Part shown: positions 1-7,642 of the stretch, one piece after another
Layout of the letters: every line of letters starts with the position of its first letter
Position numbering within the stretch: position 1 is the first letter of the stretch
From: a virus
Taxonomy: Duplodnaviria > Heunggongvirae > Uroviricota > Caudoviricetes
Direction: 5' to 3' (one strand)
Virus record (IMG/VR): IMGVR_UViG_2778261417_000010
DNA length: 20,995 nt
Notes under the pieces: generated by a model
Told to the model about the DNA's origin: nothing
Seen by the model: the letters and a program-made list of their open reading frames with translations, nothing else
Databases searched by the model: none
Program-made: the position numbers and the translations under genes

Positions 1-318
1 ATGAAAAAGATAGCTGCTATATCATTAATTAGTATTTTTATTATGTCTGGTTGTGCTGTGCATAATGATGAGACAAGTATCGGTAAATTTGGTCTTGCAT
101 ATAAAAGTAATATTCAGCGTAAACTCGATAACCAATACTACACCGAAGCCGAAGCTTCTTTAGCCAGGGGTAGAATATCTGGTGCAGAAAATATAGTAAA
201 AAATGATGCAACTCATTTCTGTGTTACTCAGGGCAAAAAAATGCAAATAGTTGAGCTGAAGACAGAAGGTGTAGGATTACATGGTGTCGCTCGTCTGACA
301 TTCAAATGTGGAGAGTGA
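1..318 (+). CDS. small putative lipoprotein (host flank, outside the prophage)
   Basis: Complete ATG..TGA ORF, 105 aa. N-terminus MKKIAAISLISIFIMSGC looks like a signal peptide ending in a lipobox-like MSGC. Sequence is visibly AT-rich. No family recognised. Confidence 0.55.
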   Translation: MKKIAAISLISIFIMSGCAVHNDETSIGKFGLAYKSNIQRKLDNQYYTEAEASLARGRISGAENIVKNDATHFCVTQGKKMQIVELKTEGVGLHGVARLTFKCGE

Positions 319-380
319 GAATATTTTTTGGTAAGCGTCAAATATGCGCGTTCTGGCTGTGCGTAGCCGGAACCTGTGGG

Positions 381-413
381 AGCACGATGCCGATAAGTGA
401 AAGGCATCGTGCT
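381..413. repeat. perfect 11-bp inverted repeat with 11-nt loop in host flank
   Basis: AGCACGATGCC (381-391) / GGCATCGTGCT (403-413), read directly. No T-run follows on either strand, so not a canonical intrinsic terminator. Confidence 0.5.
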
Positions 414-477
414 ATGAAGGAGGATTCTATCGATGTGGTCAATGGAAGACGGTTACCAGAGATAGGGCTTATGCATA

Positions 478-504
478 AAAAAATAAGCCCGTGTAAGGGA
501 GATT
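478..504. other. attL: putative P2-type attachment core (attL junction between host and prophage)
   Basis: AAAAAATAAGCCCGTGTAAGGGAGATT lies ~80 bp beyond the 3' end of int. It matches the 27-bp P2 att core as I recall it from memory, not verified. AT-rich host-like sequence lies to its left. Confidence 0.5.
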
Positions 505-583
505 TAGGGTGTCACCAGTAGGGGCTTTCAACGGTACAATGCGGGTTTGAGCGGCATAAATTACCACTGAAAGCCCTTAAACG

Positions 584-1597
584 TTACTCTACTGTGGACA
601 CTGTGTGGACACTCTCGACCTCAGTACCACCTCTTAGCGGATTAAGAGAAATGGCGTCCTGAAGGTACTCTGGCGCAAAATGAGCGTAAACCATAGTTTG
701 CTCAATCCGCGTGTGACCTAGTATCCGTTGTAGCGTGATAATACTTCCTCCATTAATCATGAAATGAGTGGCAAAGCTGTGCCTTAGTGCATGTGTAGCT
801 TGCCCCATTGGCAAATCCGGTTTTATTGCTTTCATTGTTCGTCTGAAGCGAGGGTAATCAGCATCAGGGAATAAAAAACCTCGTTTGTTATCCGCGATCA
901 TTTTGGCAACAGCCTCTGAGATCGGGACGGTGCGTGGTTTGTTTGTTTTCGTTTTAACAAACGTGACGCGGTTATGGATGATATTTTCTGCTTTCAAACG
1001 AGCTGCTTCTCCCCAACGTGCTCCAGTACTCAGGCAAAGAATCGCAATCTTTTTGTTGTCGCCGTCAAGAGCAGCAAGCAGTAAGGCAATTTCTTCCTGC
1101 GTGAGATAGCCTGTGTCTGGTTTTTCCTCCTTAAGCCTTTTTGTCCCTCTGATAGGGTGCTCACCAAAGAATAACTCCGCTTCAATCAGGGCTGTAAACA
1201 TGCCGCTAATACATGTTAAATCACGATTGATACTCGAAGGTTTAATACCCTGACTTCTTCGGGTGGCGCAGTACTGGCTGATAAGCGATTTCGTAATTTG
1301 AAATGCGCATGGGTCATTCGTTATTTTTGTGAAGATTTCAATTTTCCCAAGATTAGATTTCCCATGCTCTTCGTGTTTACCCTTTAAATCCCACCAGATC
1401 TGTGTCAGCTCCGACAGACGTCGCTTGTCTGTTGGTTTTGATAGCCATTCTTTATTGTGGTGGTTGTACAACGTGTATTTCTCGAAAGCGACAGCTTCGC
1501 TTTTCTTATCAAACTTCCTACGGATGCGTTTTCCATTACGTCCAGTAGGGCGGATGTCCACTTCATATCGACCATCATCGAGTTTTTTGATTGCCAT
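584..1597 (-). CDS. int: tyrosine integrase (P2 Int-like)
   Basis: 337-aa ORF, ATG start preceded by GGAGGG. Sequence MAIKKLDDGRYEVDIRPTG...HALRHSFATHFMINGGSIITLQRILGHTRIEQTMVYAH carries the tyrosine-recombinase R..H..R..Y C-terminal catalytic region. Length equals P2 Int as recalled. Confidence 0.95.
   Translation of the reverse strand: MAIKKLDDGRYEVDIRPTGRNGKRIRRKFDKKSEAVAFEKYTLYNHHNKEWLSKPTDKRRLSELTQIWWDLKGKHEEHGKSNLGKIEIFTKITNDPCAFQITKSLISQYCATRRSQGIKPSSINRDLTCISGMFTALIEAELFFGEHPIRGTKRLKEEKPDTGYLTQEEIALLLAALDGDNKKIAILCLSTGARWGEAARLKAENIIHNRVTFVKTKTNKPRTVPISEAVAKMIADNKRGFLFPDADYPRFRRTMKAIKPDLPMGQATHALRHSFATHFMINGGSIITLQRILGHTRIEQTMVYAHFAPEYLQDAISLNPLRGGTEVESVHTVSTVE
593..612. repeat. tandem direct repeat TGTGGACAC x2 at the int 3' end; candidate Int arm-type binding sites
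   Basis: TGTGGACAC at 593-601 and 604-612, read directly. Overlaps the last codons of int (..HTVSTVE). Assignment as arm sites is inference. Confidence 0.3.
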
Positions 1598-1712
1598 CAG
1601 AAAACCCTCCGAGTGGTGTGTTTTTTTGCGACTACTAATCGCTTTTTTCGTGGTGGCTGAAATTTAGCCACCAATAGTAGGCACTTGTGATGAATATATT
1701 CACGATGAATTG

Positions 1713-2012
1713 TTAACCAGTCTTTTGACCGGAGTGGGGCGACGTTGTTTCGTTTTGCCCAAAGTGTGCGAGAGCGGGCGCAATTTGCCCGGACTCAGGA
1801 GCGATCTGATTGGTCATGAACCATAAAGTGTATTTGGTGAATTGTGGGGTCTGCAGGATGTTCATCATGACATCTGTTGGAGGTGTTGAACGACCACTTT
1901 CATAGTAACTCAGCGTGCCATACGGAACCCCTGTTAAATCAGCAAGTTGTTGTCTGCTCAAATACTCTGATTTTCGCATTAAGACTATCTTCTCGCTTAT
2001 CGTGTTTGACAT
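1713..2012 (-). CDS. C: immunity repressor (P2 C-like)
   Basis: 99-aa ORF upstream of and co-oriented with int. N-terminal helix-turn-helix-like segment (SRQQLADLTGVPYGTLSYYESG). Length and position match P2 C. Confidence 0.9.
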   Translation of the reverse strand: MSNTISEKIVLMRKSEYLSRQQLADLTGVPYGTLSYYESGRSTPPTDVMMNILQTPQFTKYTLWFMTNQIAPESGQIAPALAHFGQNETTSPHSGQKTG

Positions 2013-2045
2013 GGTGTTTAGATCTCAATAGTATTTAGTTTAGAT
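2006..2045 (+). promoter_or_regulatory. early promoter Pe with two direct-repeat operator half-sites (lysis-lysogeny switch)
   Basis: -35 TTGACA 2006-2011, 17-bp spacer, -10 TAGTAT 2029-2034. Direct repeats TTTAGAT at 2017-2023 and 2039-2045 (22 bp centre-to-centre) flank the -10, as described for P2 C operators O1/O2. Confidence 0.5.
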
Positions 2046-2083
2046 GTAGATTGTTTAGTGCTTGGATGTGGGCACTAAAAGGC

Positions 2084-2112
2084 ATTATAAGACATTAAAC
2101 GCAATTCATGAG
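2084..2112 (-). promoter_or_regulatory. candidate Pc (repressor promoter), face-to-face with Pe
   Basis: Minus-strand TATAAT at 2084-2089. I could not find a good -35. Placed by analogy with the convergent Pe/Pc arrangement of P2. Confidence 0.3.
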
Positions 2113-2126
2113 GGCTAGAGGACGAC

Positions 2127-2402
2127 ATGAGCAAGCAAGTAACACTCATGACTGATGCGATTCCTTATCAGGAGTTCGCAAAACTAATAGGAAAATCGAC
2201 AGGAGCGGTTCGTCGGATGATCGATAAAGGAAAGCTGCCTGTAATTGATATGACCGATCCACAATCAGCTTCAGGTCGTGCAGGTGAATATTGGGTATAC
2301 CTTCCGGCATGGAATAACGGACTAAAACTGGCTTATGAAAGCCGCCCTAAAGAGATTCGTGACGGCTGGTTGATGTGGTTAGGTCTCGGTGAACCACGTT
2401 AA
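2127..2402 (+). CDS. cox: Cox (excisionase / Pc repressor)
   Basis: 91-aa ORF, first gene of the rightward early operon. Sequence MSKQVTLMTDAIPYQEFAKLIGKSTGAVRRMIDKGKLPVIDM recognised as P2 Cox-like. Confidence 0.9.
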   Translation: MSKQVTLMTDAIPYQEFAKLIGKSTGAVRRMIDKGKLPVIDMTDPQSASGRAGEYWVYLPAWNNGLKLAYESRPKEIRDGWLMWLGLGEPR

Positions 2403-2412
2403 GGAGAACCGT

Positions 2413-2583
2413 ATGAATGAGCCTCGTTGTATTGCTCAGTTACTGCGTAACGAAAGCCCCAGGGCGATTGACTTCACCATCACCCACGGTAAGGGGCGTA
2501 AGGGAATCATTATCCGCACCAAAAAACAGAGTCCGTTAAAAAAGGCTCTGACCTTTCTGAAAAGCCGGAGGGTATGGAAATGA
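2413..2583 (+). CDS. small early protein (P2 orf78 position)
   Basis: ORF track starts at GTG 2389, but ATG 2413 has a consensus AAGGAG (2401-2406) 6 nt upstream. 56 aa, basic. Assigned by synteny. Confidence 0.55.
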   Translation: MNEPRCIAQLLRNESPRAIDFTITHGKGRKGIIIRTKKQSPLKKALTFLKSRRVWK

Positions 2584-3080
2584 CAGTGATGACGCTCAAT
2601 CTCGTTGAAAAACAGCCAGCAGCTATGCGCCGGATAATTGGCAAGCATCTTGCCGTCCCTCGCTGGCAGGATACATGTGATTATTATAATCAGATGATGG
2701 AGCGCGAACGGCTAACGGTTTGCTTTCATGCACAGTTAAAACAGCGTCACGCAACGATGCGTTTTGAAGAAATGAACGACGTCGAACGTGAACGGCTGGT
2801 TTGTGCAATTGATGAATTGCGTGGGGCATTCTCAAAACGCCGTCAGGTCGGTGCAAGTGAGTATGCATATATTAGTTTTTTAACAGTCAGCCAGCGACGT
2901 ACTTTATTTATGCACGCACGACTGACAGAAAAAGAATTCAACCAGCCGTACTGGCGAATTAATGAAGAATCATGTTACTGGCGTGATGCTTTATTCCGTG
3001 CATTACGTGAATTATTCAGTCTGTTTGAGTATGCACCGACAATTCTGACGTCGGTAAAACCAGAGCAATATCTGCATTAA
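2580..3080 (+). CDS. B: replication protein B (helicase-loader-like)
   Basis: ORF from ATG 2574 is 168 aa; ATG 2580 has better spacing from GGAGGG (2566-2571) and gives 166 aa, the P2 B length as recalled. Position between cox and A. Confidence 0.8.
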   Translation: MTVMTLNLVEKQPAAMRRIIGKHLAVPRWQDTCDYYNQMMERERLTVCFHAQLKQRHATMRFEEMNDVERERLVCAIDELRGAFSKRRQVGASEYAYISFLTVSQRRTLFMHARLTEKEFNQPYWRINEESCYWRDALFRALRELFSLFEYAPTILTSVKPEQYLH

Positions 3081-3143
3081 ATAATTAACCAGAGTTTTTA
3101 ACGCACTTAATCGTGCGGGGCTTCTTTTTGCCTGGAGAAAGTC

Positions 3144-3368
3144 ATGCATACAGTTTCTGAAAATCAGTGCGGTAAATACGCATTACTGCTGCAACAGGCC
3201 AGAACCGAAGCACAGGCCGACGCTGCGACGCGCTTTTCTTCTCATCTTGACGCCATGATTCGCCATATCACAAAGGCGGAGTTATCCCGCGTGGAGATAG
3301 TCGAGCTGCTCAGTCAGGAGTCGGAAAAATTTCACAATATCGGATTGTCTCGCGGGGAGGTGCTTTGA
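3144..3368 (+). CDS. hypothetical early protein (P2 orf80 position)
   Basis: 74-aa ORF, ATG preceded by GGAGAAA. Assigned by synteny. Confidence 0.65.
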   Translation: MHTVSENQCGKYALLLQQARTEAQADAATRFSSHLDAMIRHITKAELSRVEIVELLSQESEKFHNIGLSRGEVL

Positions 3369-3670
3369 TGTCCTGTTCTCATTCAGTTGTATTACTGAAT
3401 AACGCCTTAAAAATCGCCGTTATGGAAAATGGTGATTTATCTCTTATTCAACTTTGTCTTGATAAAGAAAAACGCGACATAACTGAATCTGTTATCGCGA
3501 TTTATCAGAATGAATTAAACCTCCTGTCTGATGTGGTCAATTTACTTGTTAAACGCGCTGTATTCCACAAGCAAATTTCCTCCGTGGATGAACTGACAAA
3601 ATTAACGACAGAAATCGTCAGCTATTGCGCTGATGAATTTAAGAAACTGAACGACAAAAGGAACTGGTAA
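3368..3670 (+). CDS. hypothetical early protein (P2 orf81 position)
   Basis: ORF track start 3365 is TTG. ATG 3368 overlaps the upstream stop (TGATG coupling). About 100 aa. Confidence 0.65.
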   Translation: MSCSHSVVLLNNALKIAVMENGDLSLIQLCLDKEKRDITESVIAIYQNELNLLSDVVNLLVKRAVFHKQISSVDELTKLTTEIVSYCADEFKKLNDKRNW

Positions 3671-3894
3671 TGCCGGACAACGTAGATTTCATTCAGGAAC
3701 AACAGGCTGAATTACTGGAGCGCCAGATTAACGCGGCAAGGGTAAAACATTGCGGTGTTTCTGCGCTGGTTTGCGAAGAGTGTGACGTGCCAATACCTGC
3801 TGCCCGTCGTGCGGCTTATCCGTCAGCCACGCGTTGTGTTTCCTGTCAGTCAGTCTTTGAAGCAAAAAACAAACATTACCGGAGAACGGCATGA
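3670..3894 (+). CDS. TraR/DksA-family C4 zinc-finger protein (P2 orf82 position)
   Basis: 74 aa with CxxC-N17-CxxC (CEECDVPIPAARRAAYPSATRCVSCQ), typical of the TraR/DksA zinc finger. TAATG coupling with the upstream gene. Confidence 0.8.
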   Translation: MPDNVDFIQEQQAELLERQINAARVKHCGVSALVCEECDVPIPAARRAAYPSATRCVSCQSVFEAKNKHYRRTA

Positions 3895-4166
3895 GTATTC
3901 GTATTGAAATTGGCGAACGTTATGTCGTTACCAGTGACAGCTTTCAGTTTATTCTCCACGAGAAAAAGAGAGCGGAAAGCGGTAAAAACGCCGGTCAGGA
4001 ATGGCTGTCGGTGGTTGGTTATTACCCGAAATTAAGCCAGCTCGTTTCCGGCATGATGCATCACGATATTCTGACCGGAAGCGCAAAGTCTTTTGCTGAT
4101 TTAAACGCGCAGGTTGAGCAACTCAGCAAGCGTTGTTCAGAGGCTTTTGGCTCATATGGCCGTTAA
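3891..4166 (+). CDS. hypothetical early protein (P2 orf83 position)
   Basis: 91-aa ORF, ATGA overlap with the upstream gene. Assigned by synteny. Confidence 0.65.
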   Translation: MSIRIEIGERYVVTSDSFQFILHEKKRAESGKNAGQEWLSVVGYYPKLSQLVSGMMHHDILTGSAKSFADLNAQVEQLSKRCSEAFGSYGR

Positions 4167-6426
4167 AGCCTCCGGGCGTTTTGTCCCTCCATCAGCATTT
4201 GCCGCAGGCACCGGTAAGGCGTTTACCGGTGCTTATGCATGGAACGCGCCACGCGAGGCTGTCGGGCGCGAAAGACCCCTTACACGTGACGAGATGCGTC
4301 AGGTGCAAGGTGTTTTATCCACGATTAACCGCCTGCCTTACTTTTTGCGCTCGCTGTTTACTTCACGCTATGACTACATCCGGCGCAATAAAAGCCCGGT
4401 GCACGGGTTTTATTTCCTCACATCCACTTTTCAGCGTCGTTTATGGCCGCGCATTGAGCGCGTGAATCAGCGCCATGAAATGAACACCGACGCGTCGTTG
4501 CTGTTTCTGGCAGAGCGTGACCATTATGCGCGTCTGCCGGGGATGAATGACAAGGAACTGAAAAAGTTTGCCGCCCGTATCTCATCGCAGCTTTTCATGA
4601 TGTATGAGGAACTCTGCGATGCATGGGTTGATGCACATGGCGAGAAAGAATCGCTGTTTACGGATGAGGCTCAGGCGCATCTGTATGGTCATGTTGCTGG
4701 CGCTGCACGAGCTTTCAATATTTCCCCTCTCTACTGGAAAAAATACCGTAAAGGACAGATGACCACGAGGCAGGCATATTCTGCCATTGCCCGTCTGTTT
4801 AACGATGAGTGGTGGACTCATCAGCTTAAAGGTCAGCGTATGCGCTGGCATGAGGCGTTACTGATTGCTGTCGGGGAGGTGAATAAAGACCGTTCTCCTT
4901 ATGCCAGTAAACATGCCATTCGTGATGTGCGTGCGCGCCGCCAGGCAAATCTGGAATTTCTTAAATCGTGTGACCTTGAAAACAGGGAAACCGGCGAGCG
5001 CATCGACCTTATCAGTAAGGTGATGGGAAGTATTTCTAATCCTGAAATTCGCCGGATGGAGCTGATGAACACCATTGCCGGTATTGAGCGTTACGCCGCC
5101 GCAGAGGGTGATGTGGGGATGTTTATCACGCTGACCGCGCCGTCAAAGTATCACCCGACACGTCAGGTCGGAAAAGGTGAAAGTAAAACCGTCCAGCTAA
5201 ATCACGGCTGGAACGATGAGGCATTTAATCCAAAGGATGCGCAGCGTTATCTCTGCCGCATCTGGAGCCTGATGCGCACGGCATTCAAGGATAATGATTT
5301 ACAGGTCTACGGTTTGCGTGTCGTCGAGCCACACCACGACGGAACGCCGCACTGGCATATGATGCTTTTTTGTAATCCACGTCAGCGTAACCAGATTATC
5401 GAAACCATGCGTCGCTACGCGCTCAAAGAGGATGGCGACGAAAGAGGAGCCGAGCGAAACCGTTTTCAGGCGAAACACCTTAACCGGGGCGGTGCTGCGG
5501 GGTATATCGCGAAATACATTTCAAAAAATATCGACGGCTATGCACTGGATGGTCAGCTCGATAACGATACCGGCAGACCTCTGAAAGATACTGCCGCGGC
5601 TGTTACTGCATGGGCGTCAACGTGGCGCATCCCGCAATTTAAAACGGTTGGTCTGCCGACAATGGGGGCTTACCGTGAACTACGCAAATTGCCTCGCGGC
5701 GTCAGCATTGCTGATGAGTTTGACGAACGCGTCGAGGCTGCACGCGCTGCCGCAGACAGTGGCGATTTTGCGTTGTATATCAGTGCGCAGGGTGGGGCAA
5801 ATGTTCCGCGCGATTGCCAGACTGTCAGAGTCGCCCGTAGCCCGTCGGATGAAGTTAACGAGTACGAGGAAGAAGTCGAGAGAGTGGTCGGCATTTACGC
5901 GCCGCATCTCGGCGCGCGTCATATTCATATCACCAGAACGACGGACTGGCGCATTGTTCCGAAAGTTCCGGTCGTGGAGCCTTTAACTTTAAAAAGCGGC
6001 ATCGCCGCGCCTCGGAGTCCTGTCAATAACTGTGGAAAGCTCACCAGTGGTGATACTTCGTTACCGGCTCCCACACCTTCTGAGCACGTCGCAGCAGTGC
6101 TTAATCTGGTTGATGACGGTGTTATCGAATGGAATGACCCGGAGGTCGTGAGGGCGCTCAGGGGCGCATTAAAACACGGACTGAGAACACCAAATCGTCA
6201 GCAAAGAGCCGGAAGCCCGTTAAAACCGCATGAAATAGCACCGTCGGCCAGACTGACCCGGTCGGAACGATTGCAAATTACCCGTATCCGCGTTGACCTC
6301 GCTCAGAACGGTATCAGGCCGCAACGATGGGAGCTTGAGGTGCTGGCGCGTGGCGCGACCGTAAATTATGACGGGAAAAAATTCACGTATCCGGTCACTG
6401 ATGAGTGGCCGGGGTTTGTGGATTAA
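4156..6426 (+). CDS. A: replication initiation endonuclease A (rolling-circle nicking protein)
   Basis: ORF track start 4114 is TTG. ATG 4156 (MAVKASGRF...) follows GAGG and overlaps the upstream stop by 11 nt. Contains HUH-type motif HWHMMLF (~5351-5368) and active-site tyrosine pair in GYIAKYISK (~5503-5526). Confidence 0.9.
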   Translation: MAVKASGRFVPPSAFAAGTGKAFTGAYAWNAPREAVGRERPLTRDEMRQVQGVLSTINRLPYFLRSLFTSRYDYIRRNKSPVHGFYFLTSTFQRRLWPRIERVNQRHEMNTDASLLFLAERDHYARLPGMNDKELKKFAARISSQLFMMYEELCDAWVDAHGEKESLFTDEAQAHLYGHVAGAARAFNISPLYWKKYRKGQMTTRQAYSAIARLFNDEWWTHQLKGQRMRWHEALLIAVGEVNKDRSPYASKHAIRDVRARRQANLEFLKSCDLENRETGERIDLISKVMGSISNPEIRRMELMNTIAGIERYAAAEGDVGMFITLTAPSKYHPTRQVGKGESKTVQLNHGWNDEAFNPKDAQRYLCRIWSLMRTAFKDNDLQVYGLRVVEPHHDGTPHWHMMLFCNPRQRNQIIETMRRYALKEDGDERGAERNRFQAKHLNRGGAAGYIAKYISKNIDGYALDGQLDNDTGRPLKDTAAAVTAWASTWRIPQFKTVGLPTMGAYRELRKLPRGVSIADEFDERVEAARAAADSGDFALYISAQGGANVPRDCQTVRVARSPSDEVNEYEEEVERVVGIYAPHLGARHIHITRTTDWRIVPKVPVVEPLTLKSGIAAPRSPVNNCGKLTSGDTSLPAPTPSEHVAAVLNLVDDGVIEWNDPEVVRALRGALKHGLRTPNRQQRAGSPLKPHEIAPSARLTRSERLQITRIRVDLAQNGIRPQRWELEVLARGATVNYDGKKFTYPVTDEWPGFVD

Positions 6427-6471
6427 ACTTATTGATAAATAATGTGTCAAGATAACGCCAGGTAATTATAT

Positions 6472-6909
6472 ATGGTAAGAGTTTGCATTGATAAGAAAGG
6501 GAATGTTATCACCGATATCTCTTTGGGAGTCGGGGATTTTGAAGATTGTTGTAGCGTAGCAGAGGAGAAGTATAATCAGGCACTTTGCAGTAATTTTGTG
6601 AGTGTGGTGGCAGTGGTGAATGACGATAATGAGAAAATAGGTTTTTGTTCATTCATCATTGAATCTACAGAGGACGCTGTAATATATCAAATCGATTATG
6701 TTTGGGTTAAGCAAAGTGAGCGGGGACAAGGGTTATCAAAATTAATGATTCCTTATGTGGCTCAAGAGCTTATTTCTATTTATAAAGACTTGCTTGGAAA
6801 GTATTCATTTGGTGATATATGTCTTTGTGATAATTCTGTTTATATATCGGATGGAGGGGCTGTTTTTGGTCGAGGGGTAAAGGGATTCACCTTTAATGTA
6901 ATTAAGTAA
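6472..6909 (+). CDS. small GNAT-like N-acetyltransferase (cargo gene in the A-cos hotspot)
   Basis: 145-aa ORF in a conspicuously AT-rich island. Beta strand IYQIDYVWV followed by RGQGLSKLM fits the GNAT motif-A acetyl-CoA pyrophosphate loop (R/Q-x-x-G-x-G/A/S). No obvious SD before ATG 6472. Family call from motif only. Confidence 0.55.
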   Translation: MVRVCIDKKGNVITDISLGVGDFEDCCSVAEEKYNQALCSNFVSVVAVVNDDNEKIGFCSFIIESTEDAVIYQIDYVWVKQSERGQGLSKLMIPYVAQELISIYKDLLGKYSFGDICLCDNSVYISDGGAVFGRGVKGFTFNVIK

Positions 6910-6950
6910 TTCCGGGTGAAATGAAAAAGATATCTCAATGTTTGAGATGG

Positions 6951-7004
6951 AACAAATTTAAGAAACTCCGCCGGTGCTGAAACTTGCTTTCAGTGCTGGC
7001 GGAG
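6951..7004 (-). terminator. candidate intrinsic terminator for the 143-aa cargo gene; hairpin also foldable on the plus transcript
   Basis: Hairpin 6966-7004 (CTCCGCCGGTGCTGAAA / loop CTTGC / TTTCAGTGCTGGCGGAG) starts 14 nt past the minus-gene stop. On the minus strand it is followed by a U-rich run (complement of 6951-6965). On plus RNA the stem is 17 bp with three G-U pairs but no U-tract. Confidence 0.4.
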
Positions 7005-7017
7005 GTGAAGTAAGGCG

Positions 7018-7449
7018 TTAGCTAGTTATCAGATTGACACCGAGGGTAAGCAGGTTTGTTACTGCACCGGCAATAACACCAGGTGTCCCGTCCTTCACTG
7101 CGCTGATAATCTTATCTCCCATCGTTTCATTACCGCCAAGTGCTTCGGGTTTTTTGTTGAGCACCGCGAGTGCTTTCTCGGTCAGTCGCACATCATGAAA
7201 ACCGGTCTGATGGTCTGTTCCGTACAGAATATAGCCGTTTTCGCTTAAGAAAGTGAATGTGCCATCAACCACACTACGCAACTGATTCAGTGCTTTCATT
7301 TCTGGTGAGTTAAGTTGGTCAAAGTAGTCATCAGGTAACGCGGCGTTAAATTTTTTGTAGGTGATGACTTGTGGTACAGGAAAGTTATCCCATAGCACCG
7401 CAAAGATTTCTGCCGTCTGTTGGTTGAATAATTCGAGATTTTTGGACAT
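7018..7449 (-). CDS. hypothetical protein, 143 aa, hydrophobic glycine-rich C-terminus (cargo gene in the A-cos hotspot)
   Basis: ATG (plus CAT 7447-7449) with AAGGGA about 9 nt upstream on the minus strand. AT-rich. C-terminal GTPGVIAGAVTNLLTLGVNLI is glycine-zipper-like. No family recognised. Confidence 0.65.
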   Translation of the reverse strand: MSKNLELFNQQTAEIFAVLWDNFPVPQVITYKKFNAALPDDYFDQLNSPEMKALNQLRSVVDGTFTFLSENGYILYGTDHQTGFHDVRLTEKALAVLNKKPEALGGNETMGDKIISAVKDGTPGVIAGAVTNLLTLGVNLITS

Positions 7450-7510
7450 GCATAGTTCCCTTTCATCAATTAAAGACCCTTATGCCGACTGGGCAAAGAG
7501 GCTAACTGTA

Positions 7511-7642
7511 ATGGCCTCAAATAACGACCTGAGCTCACGCGAGGTGGACAGTTACACTGAAAAAATGGTTGAACAAGCCAGTAAAGATGAGCTTATGGTC
7601 GTTATAAAATACCTGTTAAATCACATCAGAATGAGTAAATAA
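7511..7642 (+). CDS. possible small ORF (43 aa) divergent from the 143-aa gene
   Basis: ATG 7511 with AAGAGG (7496-7501) 9 nt upstream; MASNNDLSSREVDSYTEKMVEQASKDELMVVIKYLLNHIRMSK. Could instead be the untranslated promoter region of the minus-strand gene. Confidence 0.3.
   Translation: MASNNDLSSREVDSYTEKMVEQASKDELMVVIKYLLNHIRMSK

Noticed and set aside
306-521. 71-aa ORF spanning the host flank and the att core
   Set aside because: No RBS, crosses the inverted repeat and the att core, and has no protein-like features; probably a chance ORF.
319-583. Possible tRNA or tmRNA integration target at the prophage boundary
   Set aside because: No tRNA-like acceptor/T-arm or CCA-proximal motif seen; P2-type phages integrate at non-tRNA sites.
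1689-1710. 12-bp palindrome TGAATATATTCA flanked by GATGAAT direct repeats just downstream of C
   Set aside because: Real in the sequence but I cannot tie it to a known site (Cox, IHF or a terminator); left uninterpreted.
4133-6450. Alternative-frame and antisense ORFs inside A (4133-4465, 4582-4851, 5648-5986, 5680-5928, 6220-6450)
   Set aside because: Overlap a gene with a clear HUH nuclease signature and no independent start signals.
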